A stretch of 64,000 nucleotides of DNA from Octopus bimaculoides (GCF_001194135.2 NC_068981.1:22662462-22726461); one strand, 5' to 3'; positions 50,001-63,169 are shown, counted from the stretch's first letter. Notes: a model not told the origin generated them from the letters alone. Made by a program: numbers and translations.

Positions 50001-52976
50001 GATTACTCAGCTGCAGCAACAGTTGGAGGGGTAGAGAGTTCGAGAGGGAGATGGTGACGATGATTTATGTTGATGTTCGACACTTTTTAACTTGTCACTT
50101 CGTTTTTCTCCTCCGCTTCAGCATTCTCTAACATAATACTCTCCGTCCGCCCTCTTCTCTCTTACTTGCGCACGAATTGCGGCTCCTCTGATGATGGCTT
50201 GCTCTGTTGCAGTCCCTCGCTGTAACTTTCAATAATGCATTCAGTAATGATTACAGAGTGTAGGTGTCCAGGGACATATATTACAACAACAACAATGAAT
50301 GGATCGGCAACAATCAAAATAACAATGAAGTGAATAGGGAGGAGCTACGCACAGGAGGTTGGGTGCGATGATGTGGTAAGGGTAAGAACAGAAAGAAATA
50401 GGGGGAAAGTAAAGAGATTGACGGGGAAAGTGTAAACGAAAGAAAAAGAAAATGTAAAGAGCGAAAGAGTAAGTTGTGACTGATGGGAAAGAAAGCGAGA
50501 AAAACAAAAGACCATAGTTTGCAAGGGCTGGGTTTTCGTGTAAAGCATGAAAGGAAATAAGAAAGGAAAGTGATGCTGAGAAAGAAGAGAGTAAGAGAGA
50601 GAATGGAAGATGAAGAAAAGGTGGCAGATAAGGTGAAGAAAAGGGAACGAAAATATTATCCCTTAATATGTGAATTTTGATTAAATATCTTCATATGAAA
50701 GAGAATATTAAGATAACGGTATTCCGAACGAATTCGACTCATGCTTAAAACACCAGTAACTAGAACCTGTTTCACTTTCCATGTTAGTTTCTTGTACTAA
50801 CATGTTAAAATAAAAGACAATTAATTAAAAAAAAAAAAAAACATCTACACCCCCAGCTCTATAAACGTGGGAATGAGTTTTCAAAGATTTGAAAATAAGT
50901 TAAATTCGACCGCGCAAACTTTGGATTACTCTTATCATTTCTTGCAGGTATTTATAAAATGAAACAACTAGAAGAAGCCCTATCAACAGCGAATGTGTTT
51001 CCCCCTTTCTCATTTATTTATCAATTTTCGCATGTTTATATCTATTTCTACAGATAAATAATAACATACACTCCTCACTTTATGCCGCAGTTTCATATGC
51101 TTACCGCCGCACGGATGAAACATCTTTTTCTCAGCGTCTTAAAGCTTCTCGCACGTGTGAATTTTGATACATACCGACTACACTGGAGCGATAATATCTT
51201 CGGTTAAACACTTTCATTGAAAACAGAAAGTTAGTGATAAAGCCAACGTGGAACATATTTAAATCAATACCAACTTTTTTTGTTTGTTTTTAACGACAAA
51301 TTTTACTGTTGCTGGAGATGTCAACACTCGGACAATACTCCGTTGTTTCACTTAAATGTGATCGCTTCATTCGTCAGCTGTATGCTGTCAGCTGGTTTGT
51401 GATGATGTTTCGAACTGTATCTTTCTTGTGATTTACAAACTCAAATTGTCATTTTTGCTTACAAAAAAAAAAAAAAAAAAAAAAAAAGAAAGAAAACCTG
51501 CGAAAAACCGAAAACAAAATAAATACCCCTTTCCCGGCTAGCCGCTTTCTTTTATATCATGTAATGTGTCTCCAATGATCCCACTTCATTCACGTATATA
51601 TTATATCTAGTTTTAGTGGCAATTTGACAAACCTATTAGTATTTGTATGCAGGAAATGGCCCTCGCTCTTACTCCTATGATACTATTAGTGTTTATATAG
51701 TGTGTGTACCTCTTTCACGCAACTATATTTACATACTTCACTAGAGCTAATTGCTTTATATTTTTTCTCTCTCACACACACACATACATAAACACACATA
51801 TATATGTAATTTTTTTAATATTTGTAATCTTCAACAAGTGTTGAAATAACATTTAAAATCACTTTTATATTGTATTTATTTTACAGACTGGTCTATTACA
51901 AGTGTGTGTATATATTTAATCGTTCTTATGGGTTCACACTGGTGTGAATTACCTTAAGCATTTTTAGAGAAAAATCTGTTTATAATTACGGAACGTAAAG
52001 TAATTTAAGTTTTTATAGTACAAAGACCAGATGTGTAACGAAAGAAAAAGTACTGCAGCATAATGTTAAAAACAATTTAAACAACTTTACCTGTTGATTT
52101 AGAATATTTTTTTAAACTAAGAAAGTGAGTAATCTTTTCCACTATACAAACATATACAGTATAATAAATAACAAATGCTAAATTAATTTTTTTTTCTTTT
52201 TGGCCGGCTGATGAAACAATATAAAGCTGTTGAAAAATTGAATTGTAAATTTAATTAAATTAATAAGTTTCTAAATCACTTTTAATCTAATAGGTTCCAG
52301 TATAATTCCTTAATTACTTTTAGGAGAGATACATATTTAGGGAAGCTTGTTAACTGACAAATAAGCATCGCTCCTTACATATTTGCTCATATACAGAAAT
52401 ACTAGTTTATGAATATTATATATTAACACATTATAAATTACTCAAAAATATAAATTAATTTACAAACTTCAATTTATTCATTATGGATTTATCGTTTATT
52501 TTTATCTCTTTCATTCACTAGAAAGAAAAATAAAACATTTCACCTTTGACATTTCAGTTTTAACAGGTTAAAAATCATATGCTTAAAGGATCGAATCTTC
52601 CTCAAATTTCTGTTCAATCAATGCCAACCTGGGGCTACAAATAATTTACTTTGTTTTATTTTCTAGAAAAATGATTGTTTAACAAATGAAAAGGAAACCT
52701 TGTATTTTTGAAATCTTTTACCTTGTTATTGTGGGTTGAGTGCACGGGGATGCCTACTAGTTTTATTTATATTCATAATCATCATTGGGGCAAGAGGCTC
52801 CCATATGTCCCAAATCCTGCTGCTGTTAAGTGAATGATGGGATCTCTTTCTCTCTCTCTCTCTCTCGTACCTTTCGGAACTTACCATGGATTGATAATTT
52901 GTAAACAAAACTGAAAAAATATAATTTCTATGTGAAAGTTAAACTATAAAAGTCCTTTGAGGAAATATTTAAAGCT

Positions 52977-53067
52977 ATGGCACGAGCATTTGGAAAATTC
53001 TGGTTATGGCTTAAAGATCGGAATAAAAAGTTCCATAGAAGATCTTGGGCCTACCCTGAGGAATATG
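52977..53067 (+). CDS. Candidate coding exon of unknown gene (MARAFGKFWLWLKDRNKKFHRRSWAYPEEY, or the alternative open frame ...LWHEHLENSGYGLKIGIKSSIEDLGPTLRNM)
   Basis: ATG at 52977 stays open to a consensus donor ATG|GTAAGT at 53068; non-repetitive sequence. No recognisable homology and no good acceptor upstream. Confidence 0.25.
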
Positions 53068-54528
53068 GTAAGTTAATTTTCTTACATGTGACATGCTTAT
53101 GTACTTTCTAATAACATGAAAAGGTTCTCAAATGTATATGAGAACTGAACCTGCTTTTTGTACTTGAAAATCAGGCTCCCTGCCAACAAGGCAACCTCTA
53201 TTATACCCTTGGTTGGGTACAGCTAAATATATGAATCTGGCGTGATGATTTGTTATTTGTGACAAGAATATATATTTACCTAGCGCAATTAGAGCTAATA
53301 CATAACATACCCTCATTCGTTAAGGGCTCGCCTTCATTGGTTGACTATTTCAAACACAGTGTTTGCCTATTGTATTTCTTCACAACTTTACTAACTTCGC
53401 TGCCTCCCTTAATTGGCTGAAGTACGTTCTCTACTTTCATTTGTGATACATTCTATGCATTGTTTTCTTTCAAACAATGTAGATGTTACTGTAGATTAGT
53501 TGTATATTAAGCCTTGTTGCCAAAGCAGTTGCCGTCAAACTCATTACCATTTCAATATTCAATTTTACATTATGTTGTGTCTTCAACTATTGACCTTTAA
53601 CTGAAAATATTTTGAAGTTCTCTATTTTCAATCATCATCGTATTTTTCTTATCTCACTTAACAAACTTGTTTTGAAAGTTTATTTCACAATTAGAGATCA
53701 TTAATATTTTCTTTCTCTTTTTTCTTTTTGGTCTTTGGTTTTGGAAATTCTGCTATAAAAATATAGTCCATGTTATTCAGAAATGAATGGTTTTTAAATG
53801 CCATATTTCTTTCATGTAATTATTAATTCATTAGGAAAACATCTGGTTGGCATTTCTTTCTCTCTCTCTCTCTCTCTCTTTTTTTTTATGGTTAGGTGGG
53901 AAGGTTGGTGTCTGAAGCCTCTCACAAGTTTCAATCATCGGCAAAAAAGAGGTTCAATATTTATATATTTTACAATCATCCTACCATTGCCACTTCAAGT
54001 TTTTACTATTTAATGCTATTTAACTCTATTTTCACCTTGACTTAAACCCATCGTATGCTTTCATCTTTGAAGTTTTTCTAGACTTATATGAAACAAGTTC
54101 TTCATTGAACTTCTTTTCCAAGTTCCTGTCAATAGCATAGCTGGTGAGGAGGAAGGCAGTCTGTTCCAGGCAACGCTTTTATGGGGGTAGCACATTCGGG
54201 TCTGCTGTATAAACCTATATCAGCTTGTATAGACAACAAACTCAAGAAATGTGGACAGCAAACACAAGGGCTGCTCCAGGTGACACACATTCTAACTACA
54301 CCATTAGTTCATGTCCTAGAGACCAATTTCAATCTAATTTCTTCATCACTTTCATTTTGTCCACATGATTTTTCATTTGTTTTAACATGAAACACAAAAG
54401 TAATTTCGTTCGTAGCTGAACCTAAGATTTCAAATCAACTGAAACCACCAAGAAATAGAGAATATATTGATAACTTTATGGGCTTTTGCGAAAGCAGCAA
54501 CGTCAAAATCTTACAGGAAAAAAATTTA

Positions 54529-54830
54529 CAGTAGAAACTCCTGTTTACGAATTTAATTTGTTCCTGAAAGCAGTTCGTCACCCGAAATGTTCGTAAACCG
54601 AAACTATTTTTTCTCTTAGCAAATTCAATAGAAGACATGGCGAATTCGAGCAGATATGCACTAAATGAAAGCTAGACAGCAACTGAGGCTCTCTTGCTAA
54701 GACTCCCAGCTTTTCACCAACCGTTGTTGCCAGTTTGCTTGTTTGTTACTCGATACGTTTTATGTTCGAAAAATTGTTCGTAAACCAATTTGTTTATGAT
54801 GAGAAGCATTCATAAACCAAGGTTCCTCTG
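54529..54830. mobile_element. Tigger/pogo-type MITE
   Basis: Termini CAGTAGAAACTCCTGTTTACGAAT / ATTCATAAACCAAGGTTCCTCTG with TA flanks (54527-54528, 54831-54832). Confidence 0.8.
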
Positions 54831-56593
54831 TAATTATCTTTAACTCTGTATTTCAATGACATACATTACATGGTTCTGGGCATTAAATATACTCAATGGT
54901 TTAGAGTTCAAAATATTGTATGGATCTATGATATGCTATGTTCTTAGTAATTAGTTAAGGAATGACTGACTGATAAAGAAGTTCACTTTCCAATCGCTTC
55001 CGCCAGCCTGGGGCCATAGCTTTGTGAGTGGATTTGGTTGGTAGAAACTGAAAGAAGACCATTGTGTTTGTGTGTTATACCTCCTTCTTGTGACATCACG
55101 ATAGTTGTAAATGAGTGTCACCAGCACACAAGTAATGTCATTTCTTTTCAATCTTCCATGAAAACATGTCTGGTCATGAGGAAATATTTTCTTACTCAGA
55201 AACAAGTCAAAGTTGGTGTAAGAAAGAGCAGCCAGTCATAGAAAATCTGCCTTAATGAAATCCATCTGACCCATGAAAGTATGGAAAAGTAGATGTTAAA
55301 ATTATGATGATGGTGATGGTGACTCCTTGGGGGTACTATTTAAAATTCTAGAATCTATCCCTTTCCATGTCGTACTCTTGGAGGGGTTTAACTTAGCACT
55401 GCCAACTAATTAATAAACTTGGTCAATTTTTATGCTCTGCTATTGTTATTTGGTAAGTTGCTCCTAACCTGTGCTGACCAGACTATTTGGGAATTAAGTG
55501 CATTTGACTAAGGACACAAAACAGTCCATGTAACTGGATATGAAATTGCTGTTCTCTTATCTGCAGTAACTAACAACTATTCAAAATATCTAGCATTCAA
55601 ACATGAGTGTGGTTAAGAAGCTCACTTTGTAACCATGTGGTTCTGAGTTCAGTCTCACAGCATGGAACCTTCCACAAGTGACTTCTGCTATAGACCCAGG
55701 TTAAATAATTCCTTTCAAGTGAATTTGGTTGGTTGAAATTGTGTGTATGTATGTAGGTGTGTTGTGTTCATCCTCCCCACTGCACGGCACCCTATGTTGG
55801 TTTGTTTACATCCCCACGATTCAGTAGTTCGGCAAAAGGGACTGATAAAGTAAGTGCCAGACTTCAAAAAAATAAGTACTGGGGTTTATTTGCTAGAGTA
55901 AACCTTTCAAGGCAGTGCCCTAGAATTGTTGCAGTCCAGTGATTGAAACAAGTAAAAGGTGAAAAGGATTAAACACAATACATAAATGTTTCTTAAAGAC
56001 CATTTTGTAAGATACTCCACTCCATAAGAAATACATTTTTCAGTAATCACAATAACTAGATTTTTACTGTAAGGGTGTGACAGTTTATACAAATGGTGTT
56101 ACTCACTGTATCGTATAATTGATATAAATACTTATGTGTAGGCTGATTTATAGCACTAAGGTACACATGTACCAGCTCTACTTAATTCCCTTAATAAATG
56201 CCAGCTAAATGGTACCATTTTAAAATTGATTTTGCACTTTTTCTGTGTTACTATATTTTCTGGAATACAACTCAAATTTTTCAGACCAAAATTTACGGTC
56301 AAGAGATGGTAAGATGACTTACACATCAAAATGACTTTGGAGGACCAAAAATTCCATATGAAATGCAGCAGAATTTGGGAAGATAGTGACAATGTTTGAA
56401 TGTTTGCAAAACGTACATCAACTTGTATACCAGAAAATATGGTATATTCTTCAGTATTTGAAGGCAGTAAAGTTGGAAGGGTTCTTAAAGCATTGGATTG
56501 GAATAAAGCAGTAAAGAGCACAATGTGACACATTGTTCTGGGATCCAGTTATTTTTTTAACTTTCCCTTTTCCTTCTCCAGTAGCATAGATTG

Positions 56594-56930
56594 CATGGCA
56601 CCTTGGGTATATGCCTTCTACAATAGTCTTGTGAGTAGATGTAGTTGTCAGAAACAAAACTTTTGTGTGTATGTATTTATGTGTGTACACACACACGCGT
56701 GCCTCCTTGTCTTGGGTCACTGCAATAGTGGTAAAATGAGCATCACTGTTATGCAAGCAATGTCCTCTGTTTCAAGTCTTCCATAAAAACATGTCATGAC
56801 ATGGGTAAATATCTTACTTGGAAATAGGTGAGGGTTGGCAACAGGCAGGGTATCCGACTGTACAAAATCTGCCTCAATGAATTCCATCTGATTCAAGAAA
56901 ATTTTTAAAAGTAGACATTAAAATGATGAC
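56594..56930 (+). mobile_element. SINE with family A core joined to an RTE-type tail (family D)
   Basis: GCACCTTGGG core, then body and AGGTGAGGGTTGGCAACAGG.AGGGTATCC...AAAATCTGCCTCA tail. Relatives at about 14000-14150, 20110-20340, 26610-26860, 38230-38360 and 55070-55320. Confidence 0.7.
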
Positions 56931-58421
56931 ATGTATGTGTATGAATATATATGTGTACGAGTATATGGTTGTATGTATGTATACATGTGTATCTATATAT
57001 AAGTATATATATTTAAGTTCATATATGTATGTGTGTGTTTGTGTGTATGTAATATACACACACAGCTGTAGAAACTCTGCCAGATCAGATTGGAGCCTGG
57101 TGCAGCCTTCTGGCTTGCCAGTCCTCAGTCAAATCGTCCAACCCATGCTAGCATGGAAAGCGGAAGTTAAACAATGATGATGATGATGATATATAAATAA
57201 TACAGAATGGGACAAGAACGCAAAAACATCCAGACAGTTAAGTGATACAAGAAAGGGACAAAACATACAGATGGACGATATCATACAGTCAGATTTTTCT
57301 GTGTTGAGAAAAATCCATCTTTAATAATAGCAATATTGTATTAAACTTCCTCCACCACCCATTTTAACATCTGTACTTTCTCTAAACCCACCGTGACTCC
57401 ATCAGAAGTAACTGGGTCATCTAACACTATTGATTTGGTTGCATAACACATCATTGATTTTATTTAGAAGCTGAATAACAACAGAATAGTTTGTCAGTGG
57501 AAAACATTGTTTTGTAATGAACGTAATTGTTCCAGAGCCATAATTAATAACTTGTGGCTGTTTTTACATCAAGGTAATTGACTTACAAACTTTTCCAGAC
57601 TATTAACCTCATCTTTTTAAGCTTCCATTTTACAATCACTTTGATCTCCAATGGAGTTTCAATTTTTGTTTACATATATTGTCTCAGATTGGATTTGAAC
57701 TCAGAACTTTTATTTCTAAATGAGTGGGTAATTTATTAACAAGCTAATTTAGTTAATTTTGATATTTTATCATCATCATCATCATCTTCATCATCATTTA
57801 TCATCCATTTTCCAAGCTGGCAGGCGTTGAATGGTTTAAGATTCTGTGAGACACATGGCTGCACCAAACTTCAGAGTCAGCTTTGGTATGGTTTCTGCAG
57901 CTGGATGCCCTTCATAATGCCAACCACTTTTAAGTGTGTACTAGCTGCTTTTTTCATGTCACTGGTAATGGTGACATTGCGAAGCAACTTGCAAGACAGG
58001 AAAGAACAACTGAAGGATCTGGGTTCAAATCTAACCTGAAACAATTTGAATAATCAAGAAGTGGGCATTTGAGATTGAACTAATTAAAATTTTGTGTAAA
58101 TGGTAATTATAATAATAAGGTTAATGGTTTGGAAACTTTACTTATTGGGAAAACTCCTTTTAGAATTATTAGACATATAGGTGCAGACATAGCTGTGTGG
58201 TTAAGAAGGTTGCTTTGCAACTATATGGCTTTGGGTTCAATCTCACCAAACCCGAAACCATTGTGGTTACAAAGCAAGCATCTTCTACTGTTATAGCTTT
58301 GGGCTTGTCAATGTCTTGTGAGTGAATTTGGTAGAGAGAAACATCTGACTTTAAGATAAAAGACTCAGCTGAACCTACCCTCACTTGATCCATGCAAGTA
58401 TAGAAAAGAAGACATGAAAAC

Positions 58422-58456
<35 letters not shown>

Positions 58457-58457
<1 letters not shown>

Positions 58458-58610
58458 TCTCGGAGTGGTTGGCGTTAGGAAGGGCATCCAGCTGTAGAAA
58501 CTCTACCAAAGCAGATTGGAGCCTGGTGTAGCCATCTGGTTTGCCAGTCCTCAGTCAAATTGTCCAACCCATGCTAGCATGGAAGGCGGACGTTAAACGA
58601 CGATGATGAT
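58457..58610 (+). mobile_element. Young family B retroelement inserted in (TA)n
   Basis: Near-consensus copy flanked by TA runs; a similar copy lies at 57067-57190. Confidence 0.88.
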
Positions 58611-61600
58611 TATATATATATATATGAAATAATGAAGATGGCTATATACGATATAAAATCAAAAAGGAAAAATTCAATTGTTACTAAATGTAATTGATGC
58701 CACAGGGTAGTGCGCGTGCACACACACTTACATACTGGTACTGGTGCCACTTAAAAAGGACCCAGTACACTTTGTAGAGTGGTTGGCATTAGGAAGGACA
58801 TATCCAGTGTAGAAACCAACCCAAAACAGACAGTGGAGTCTAAGGTGGCCCCTGGCCTTACCAGCGCCTGTCAAACTGTCCAGCCCATGCCAGTGTGAAA
58901 GATGGTCATCAAATGGTGATGATATGTGTGTGTATGCACACATGTGTACATATGGAGTATGTGTTTGTGAGTGTTTATATCTCATTGTCTTGATACCATG
59001 GGATAGTTATGAATGAATGTTATTATCATACAAGCAGTCCTACTAGTTTCCAGTTTTCTAAGGAAACATGTTTAGCCATCAGGAAATAATCCTTTCTACT
59101 ATAAGCACAAAGCCTGAAATTTGGGTGAGGATTGATAGTTGATTACATTAGCCCCAGTACTCAACTGGTACTTATATTACCAACCCCAGAAGGATGAAAG
59201 GCTAAGTTGACCATGGCAGAATTTGAACTCAGAATTTAAGGACAGATGAAATGATGCTAAGCATCTTGCCCGGTGTGTTAATGGTTCTGTCAGCTCACCA
59301 TAAGGAAATAATACCAGGCTTAGAACCAGATGGGGATTAGTGACAAGGACATCTCGGTGTAGAAAATCTCCTGGTCCAGGAATTGAAACCACAATCTTGT
59401 GATCATGAGTCCAATACCCTATCCACTAAGCCATACACTTCTACAAAACTGACATTAATTTTATGTTCTTACATAATTAACAAATGCATCATTTGTGGTT
59501 AGTTTAATTGATGGTGAGTGTAAGAAAGATAAATTCATGTACACTTAAAAATATATTCAACTTTTATATATTGATTTAAGAGTAAGTCTACTGTGTCCCA
59601 GAATATTGTAATAAGTGATTTGACTACAGGGGTCAGCAGTAGAGTTACGTGATGATAATTAACTCTTGTGCTAATGTGGAATTTCAACAAATTATTATAA
59701 AGAATTCTCCTTTTACATAATTGTTCATACAAGTTTGATTATCAGACAATAACTACTAAAAGTACCAATACAATGTCGGTTATGAATAAATAAACAAGTA
59801 GACTCACATCTGTATGTATTTAGTCTCCAATGACATTATTCCCATGAGGGCCTTTTCAGCAGCTTAGGATATGGATCAAATTGACCAATTCTATTGTTGC
59901 TCAACAGTTCATGGGAATTTACTCACCTCTTCCTCCCAAAGGTTACCAATTGGATGATAGAATGCAAGCCTAGATATTTATTTATTCATAATATATGGCT
60001 ACGTTAATAAATACTTCAAATTTAGGCATAAGGCCAGTGGGAATGGTTGGTTGATATCATCAATCGCAGTACTTGACTGATGCTTTATTTCATCAATCCC
60101 CAGTATTTGTCTGGTATCATATTTTATCTATACTATATTTCATCAATCCCAATACTTCACTCGTACTTCATTTTATTTACCCCAGCACCTCATTGGTACT
60201 TTGTTTTATCAATCCCAAAAAAGATGAAAGGCAAAGTTAACCCTTACTCGATTTGAAACCAGGACATAAAGACCTGGAATAAATAATAAAAAACATGGTA
60301 ATTCACCATCCTTGCTACATTCATAATTAAAATTTTGTTTGACTGCCTCCCTTCTAAGTTAAGCATAGACCAGACCCGACACTAGCCACAACCCATGTGA
60401 GTTTATAAATACCAGTAGTAATCAATGCAATTACAGATGTTGCTATCACAGGCATGCAGTGAGTTTATCATTCAAGACTTAGGGGATCAGTGCTAGTGAG
60501 TCAATTTAGTGCTTTTCTCATACTACGGTTGATAAACAGTATGTGTGATGATAGGTATTTACTCCAGTGGAGACTCAGGCCATTTGTTGACAGATGGTTT
60601 TTGTATTTAGATTTTCTTTTTCATGTTTTTTTGCAAAATTAAGCATTGGAATTTGTAGAGTAAAGGTGTAACTATCTCCTACTTCTATCAGTAATCTCTG
60701 TATAATCTCTCTCTCTACATATGTGTATATATATATGATGATGATGATGATATATATATATATATATATATATCTATATATATATATATATAATAGAGAG
60801 GTCGAGATCAAGTTAATGGGTACATACTTATAAGGTTAAAAATGTACAACTATGTTAGTTCTCAAATTCTCCCCACCCCTTATATTATTTAGAATTACAT
60901 CAGGTTTAATTCTTCATTTCTTATTTCAAGTCAAAATATCTTAAAACTCCATTACTAGTTTCAAGTTACTTTGTTAATAAAATAATTAAAATTTACTTTG
61001 AATAGGATGTTATGATTTGTTATATTATTATTTGTTATATTATTATTTGTTATATTATTATTATTATTTTCATTATTAAGGTGGCATGCTGGCAGAATCG
61101 TTAGCATGGTCTTTTGCCTGTCGCTACGTTCTGAGTTCAAATTCCACTGAGGTCAACTTCACCTTTCATCCTTTCGGGGTTGATAAATCAAGTACCAGTT
61201 AAGTACTGGGGTTGGTGTGATTGACTGTCTCCCTCCCCACAAAATCCAGGCCTTGTGCCTATAGTAGAAAGGATTATTAACATTATTGTTATCTTCTAGA
61301 TGTATGAATATCAAGGACTTGCTGCCTAGGTAGGCAAGGTAGGCAGTGTCTACTTTGAATAAAATAGATCGATAGTAACATTTTCCTTTTATGGCAAAAT
61401 AGGCACCTAATTCAATAAAACTATGAAGGTTACTCTGATTACTATGCATAAAATACAAAATATTTTATTTTTTTGTAGATTAGGTTGGCATAATTTGCCC
61501 CTGCTTTTCAATCTCAGTTTTTAAGCTACGCATAATACTGTTGCGTACACTCCCACAACACCGTTTTCTTTACGTGCTATAAAGGCAGAAGTAAAACTCC

Positions 61601-62253
61601 CTTCAACTCAGTCATGCGCCTGTATTTCACTTATTTTTTTGTGTTTTACTACATAAAGGTCACCAACGGCCTACCCTGAGTAATTACTGACGGCACGTGT
61701 CTGATGCATGTATATTTTTATTGCCTAAATGAATGAATTAACAGATAAAACATTACACTCACTCTAAATCATATGTCTTATAATCTGTCATCATGACTAA
61801 GATGAGAAGTCAATCAGTCTATTGTTACTCTACCGGTGTACTTATCTGTTAATCTTCTAGCAATATTTATAACTACATCCAGTCATGTGTGGAAACTAAT
61901 GGATTGTTTGGTGACAGTCCTCAAGGATGAGTTTACAAATTTTACTCCTCATTTTCTGGTGTTTGGTCTGCTTCTTTTGTTGTTACACATGTGGTCTGTT
62001 GATATATATAGTCTTTTACCAGTTCTAATCATTTAGATGTGGCCATACAGGAGCACAATCATGTTTATAAAGTTTTCCAGTTCATCTTACAATTCCAAGT
62101 TTTGAAAGTCAATGCAGTAGTGTAAATAGTGAGTTTGAGTTACCAAGTGTATATAGCAATTATTCTCTCACATGTGTAAATTTGAATAAGTTAAAATGCT
62201 GTGGGGAGATGATGAGACATTGTAAGCAAAACCTTCTTCAAAGAAAAGAAATT

Positions 62254-62889
62254 GGATCTTTTTGGTTTGATGGGCAACAATTTTCATTAATGTTTTATGT
62301 AGTGTTTTTGGTACCGAAACACTTTCAAACTTCGTATACTTGGTGTATTTTGTATTATAGAACAGATAAAAATTTTTGTATTCGAAGTTATTTCATGTAA
62401 AAAGTTGTCGTATTTCGGTAATTTCAACCGATCACTGACGTCTATTGAGGTGAAAACAATTAATGGTGTGGAATGTAAACAACGGTGTCATGGGATCTTT
62501 TCCCTTGAATAAAATTAGTCCCGTTGTTTGTCAACAACAATTACCCGTGTTACTCTTATTTATGACATCGTTCGTGCGTTTGTACTGGTTTTAGTTTTAG
62601 GGTTAGGGTTCGNNNNNNNNNNTAATTAAACAGGGAATAACACTCTTGACACCGGTAAAAATTATTGTTTATAAAAAGAGCACTAACTGTATTCAGCTGA
62701 ATAGACGTCAGTGATTGGTTGAAATTACAGAAATACGACAACTTTAACATGAAATAACTTATTAAGAACTAATTTTTGTTAAGAAGGCTAAGAGAAAAAG
62801 ATGTTTTATATGACACATTCTACCAGTGTCCCAAGTTTGAAAGTGTTTCGTTAAGAAAACAAGTGTTGCCCATCAAACCAAAAAGATCC
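62254..62889. mobile_element. Merlin-type MITE with long TIRs
   Basis: Termini GGATCTTTTTGGTTTGATGGGCAACA / TGTTGCCCATCAAACCAAAAAGATCC with perfect 8-bp TSD AAGAAATT (62246-62253, 62890-62897). The arms continue imperfectly for about 200 bp. Internal TTAGGG repeats and a 10-N gap. Confidence 0.8.
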
Positions 62890-63169
62890 AAGAAATTATC
62901 TTAAAGTTTATGCTGACATTGGGATTAGATGTTTGAAGAATTTACAGAGGAAGAAAGAGATAGGATGGGAAAGTAAGAGAAACCAAACAATCTTATCCAA
63001 ATTTGTTAAATTTACTAAATGATTTTTCCAATGTGAGCTGCCATTAGTTTCCTCAGACCTCGGTCATCTGAGAATCCAATGAAAGGATCACCTGTCACTG
63101 AAAAGCAAATTATTCTTAATTCACCAAAGCTAGAACCTATGCTCTCTAGCAGTCTGCTTAGGTGAAATT

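Larger units (their letters stand above)
45500..51600. promoter_or_regulatory. CpG-retaining domain, candidate unmethylated promoter / 5-prime region
   Basis: CpG dinucleotides are visibly more frequent than in 1-45000, including in old diverged SINE relics such as about 48960-49160. Strand-asymmetric purine/pyrimidine tract at 50240-50660. Promoter function is inference. Confidence 0.45.

Noticed and set aside
51325-51385. Minus-strand CUGACGA...GAAA...GUC hammerhead-like arrangement
   Set aside because: Stem III forms, but stems I and II do not pair.
52200-52255. CTGATGA-AACA...TGTT-GAAA motif
   Set aside because: Stem II is possible, but there is no valid stem III or stem I.
56156-56533. 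125-aa minus-strand ORF
   Set aside because: No recognisable domain or supporting splice signals; consistent with chance.
62590-62612. TTAGGG repeats as a true telomere
   Set aside because: Only about two units, internal to a TSD-bounded MITE.
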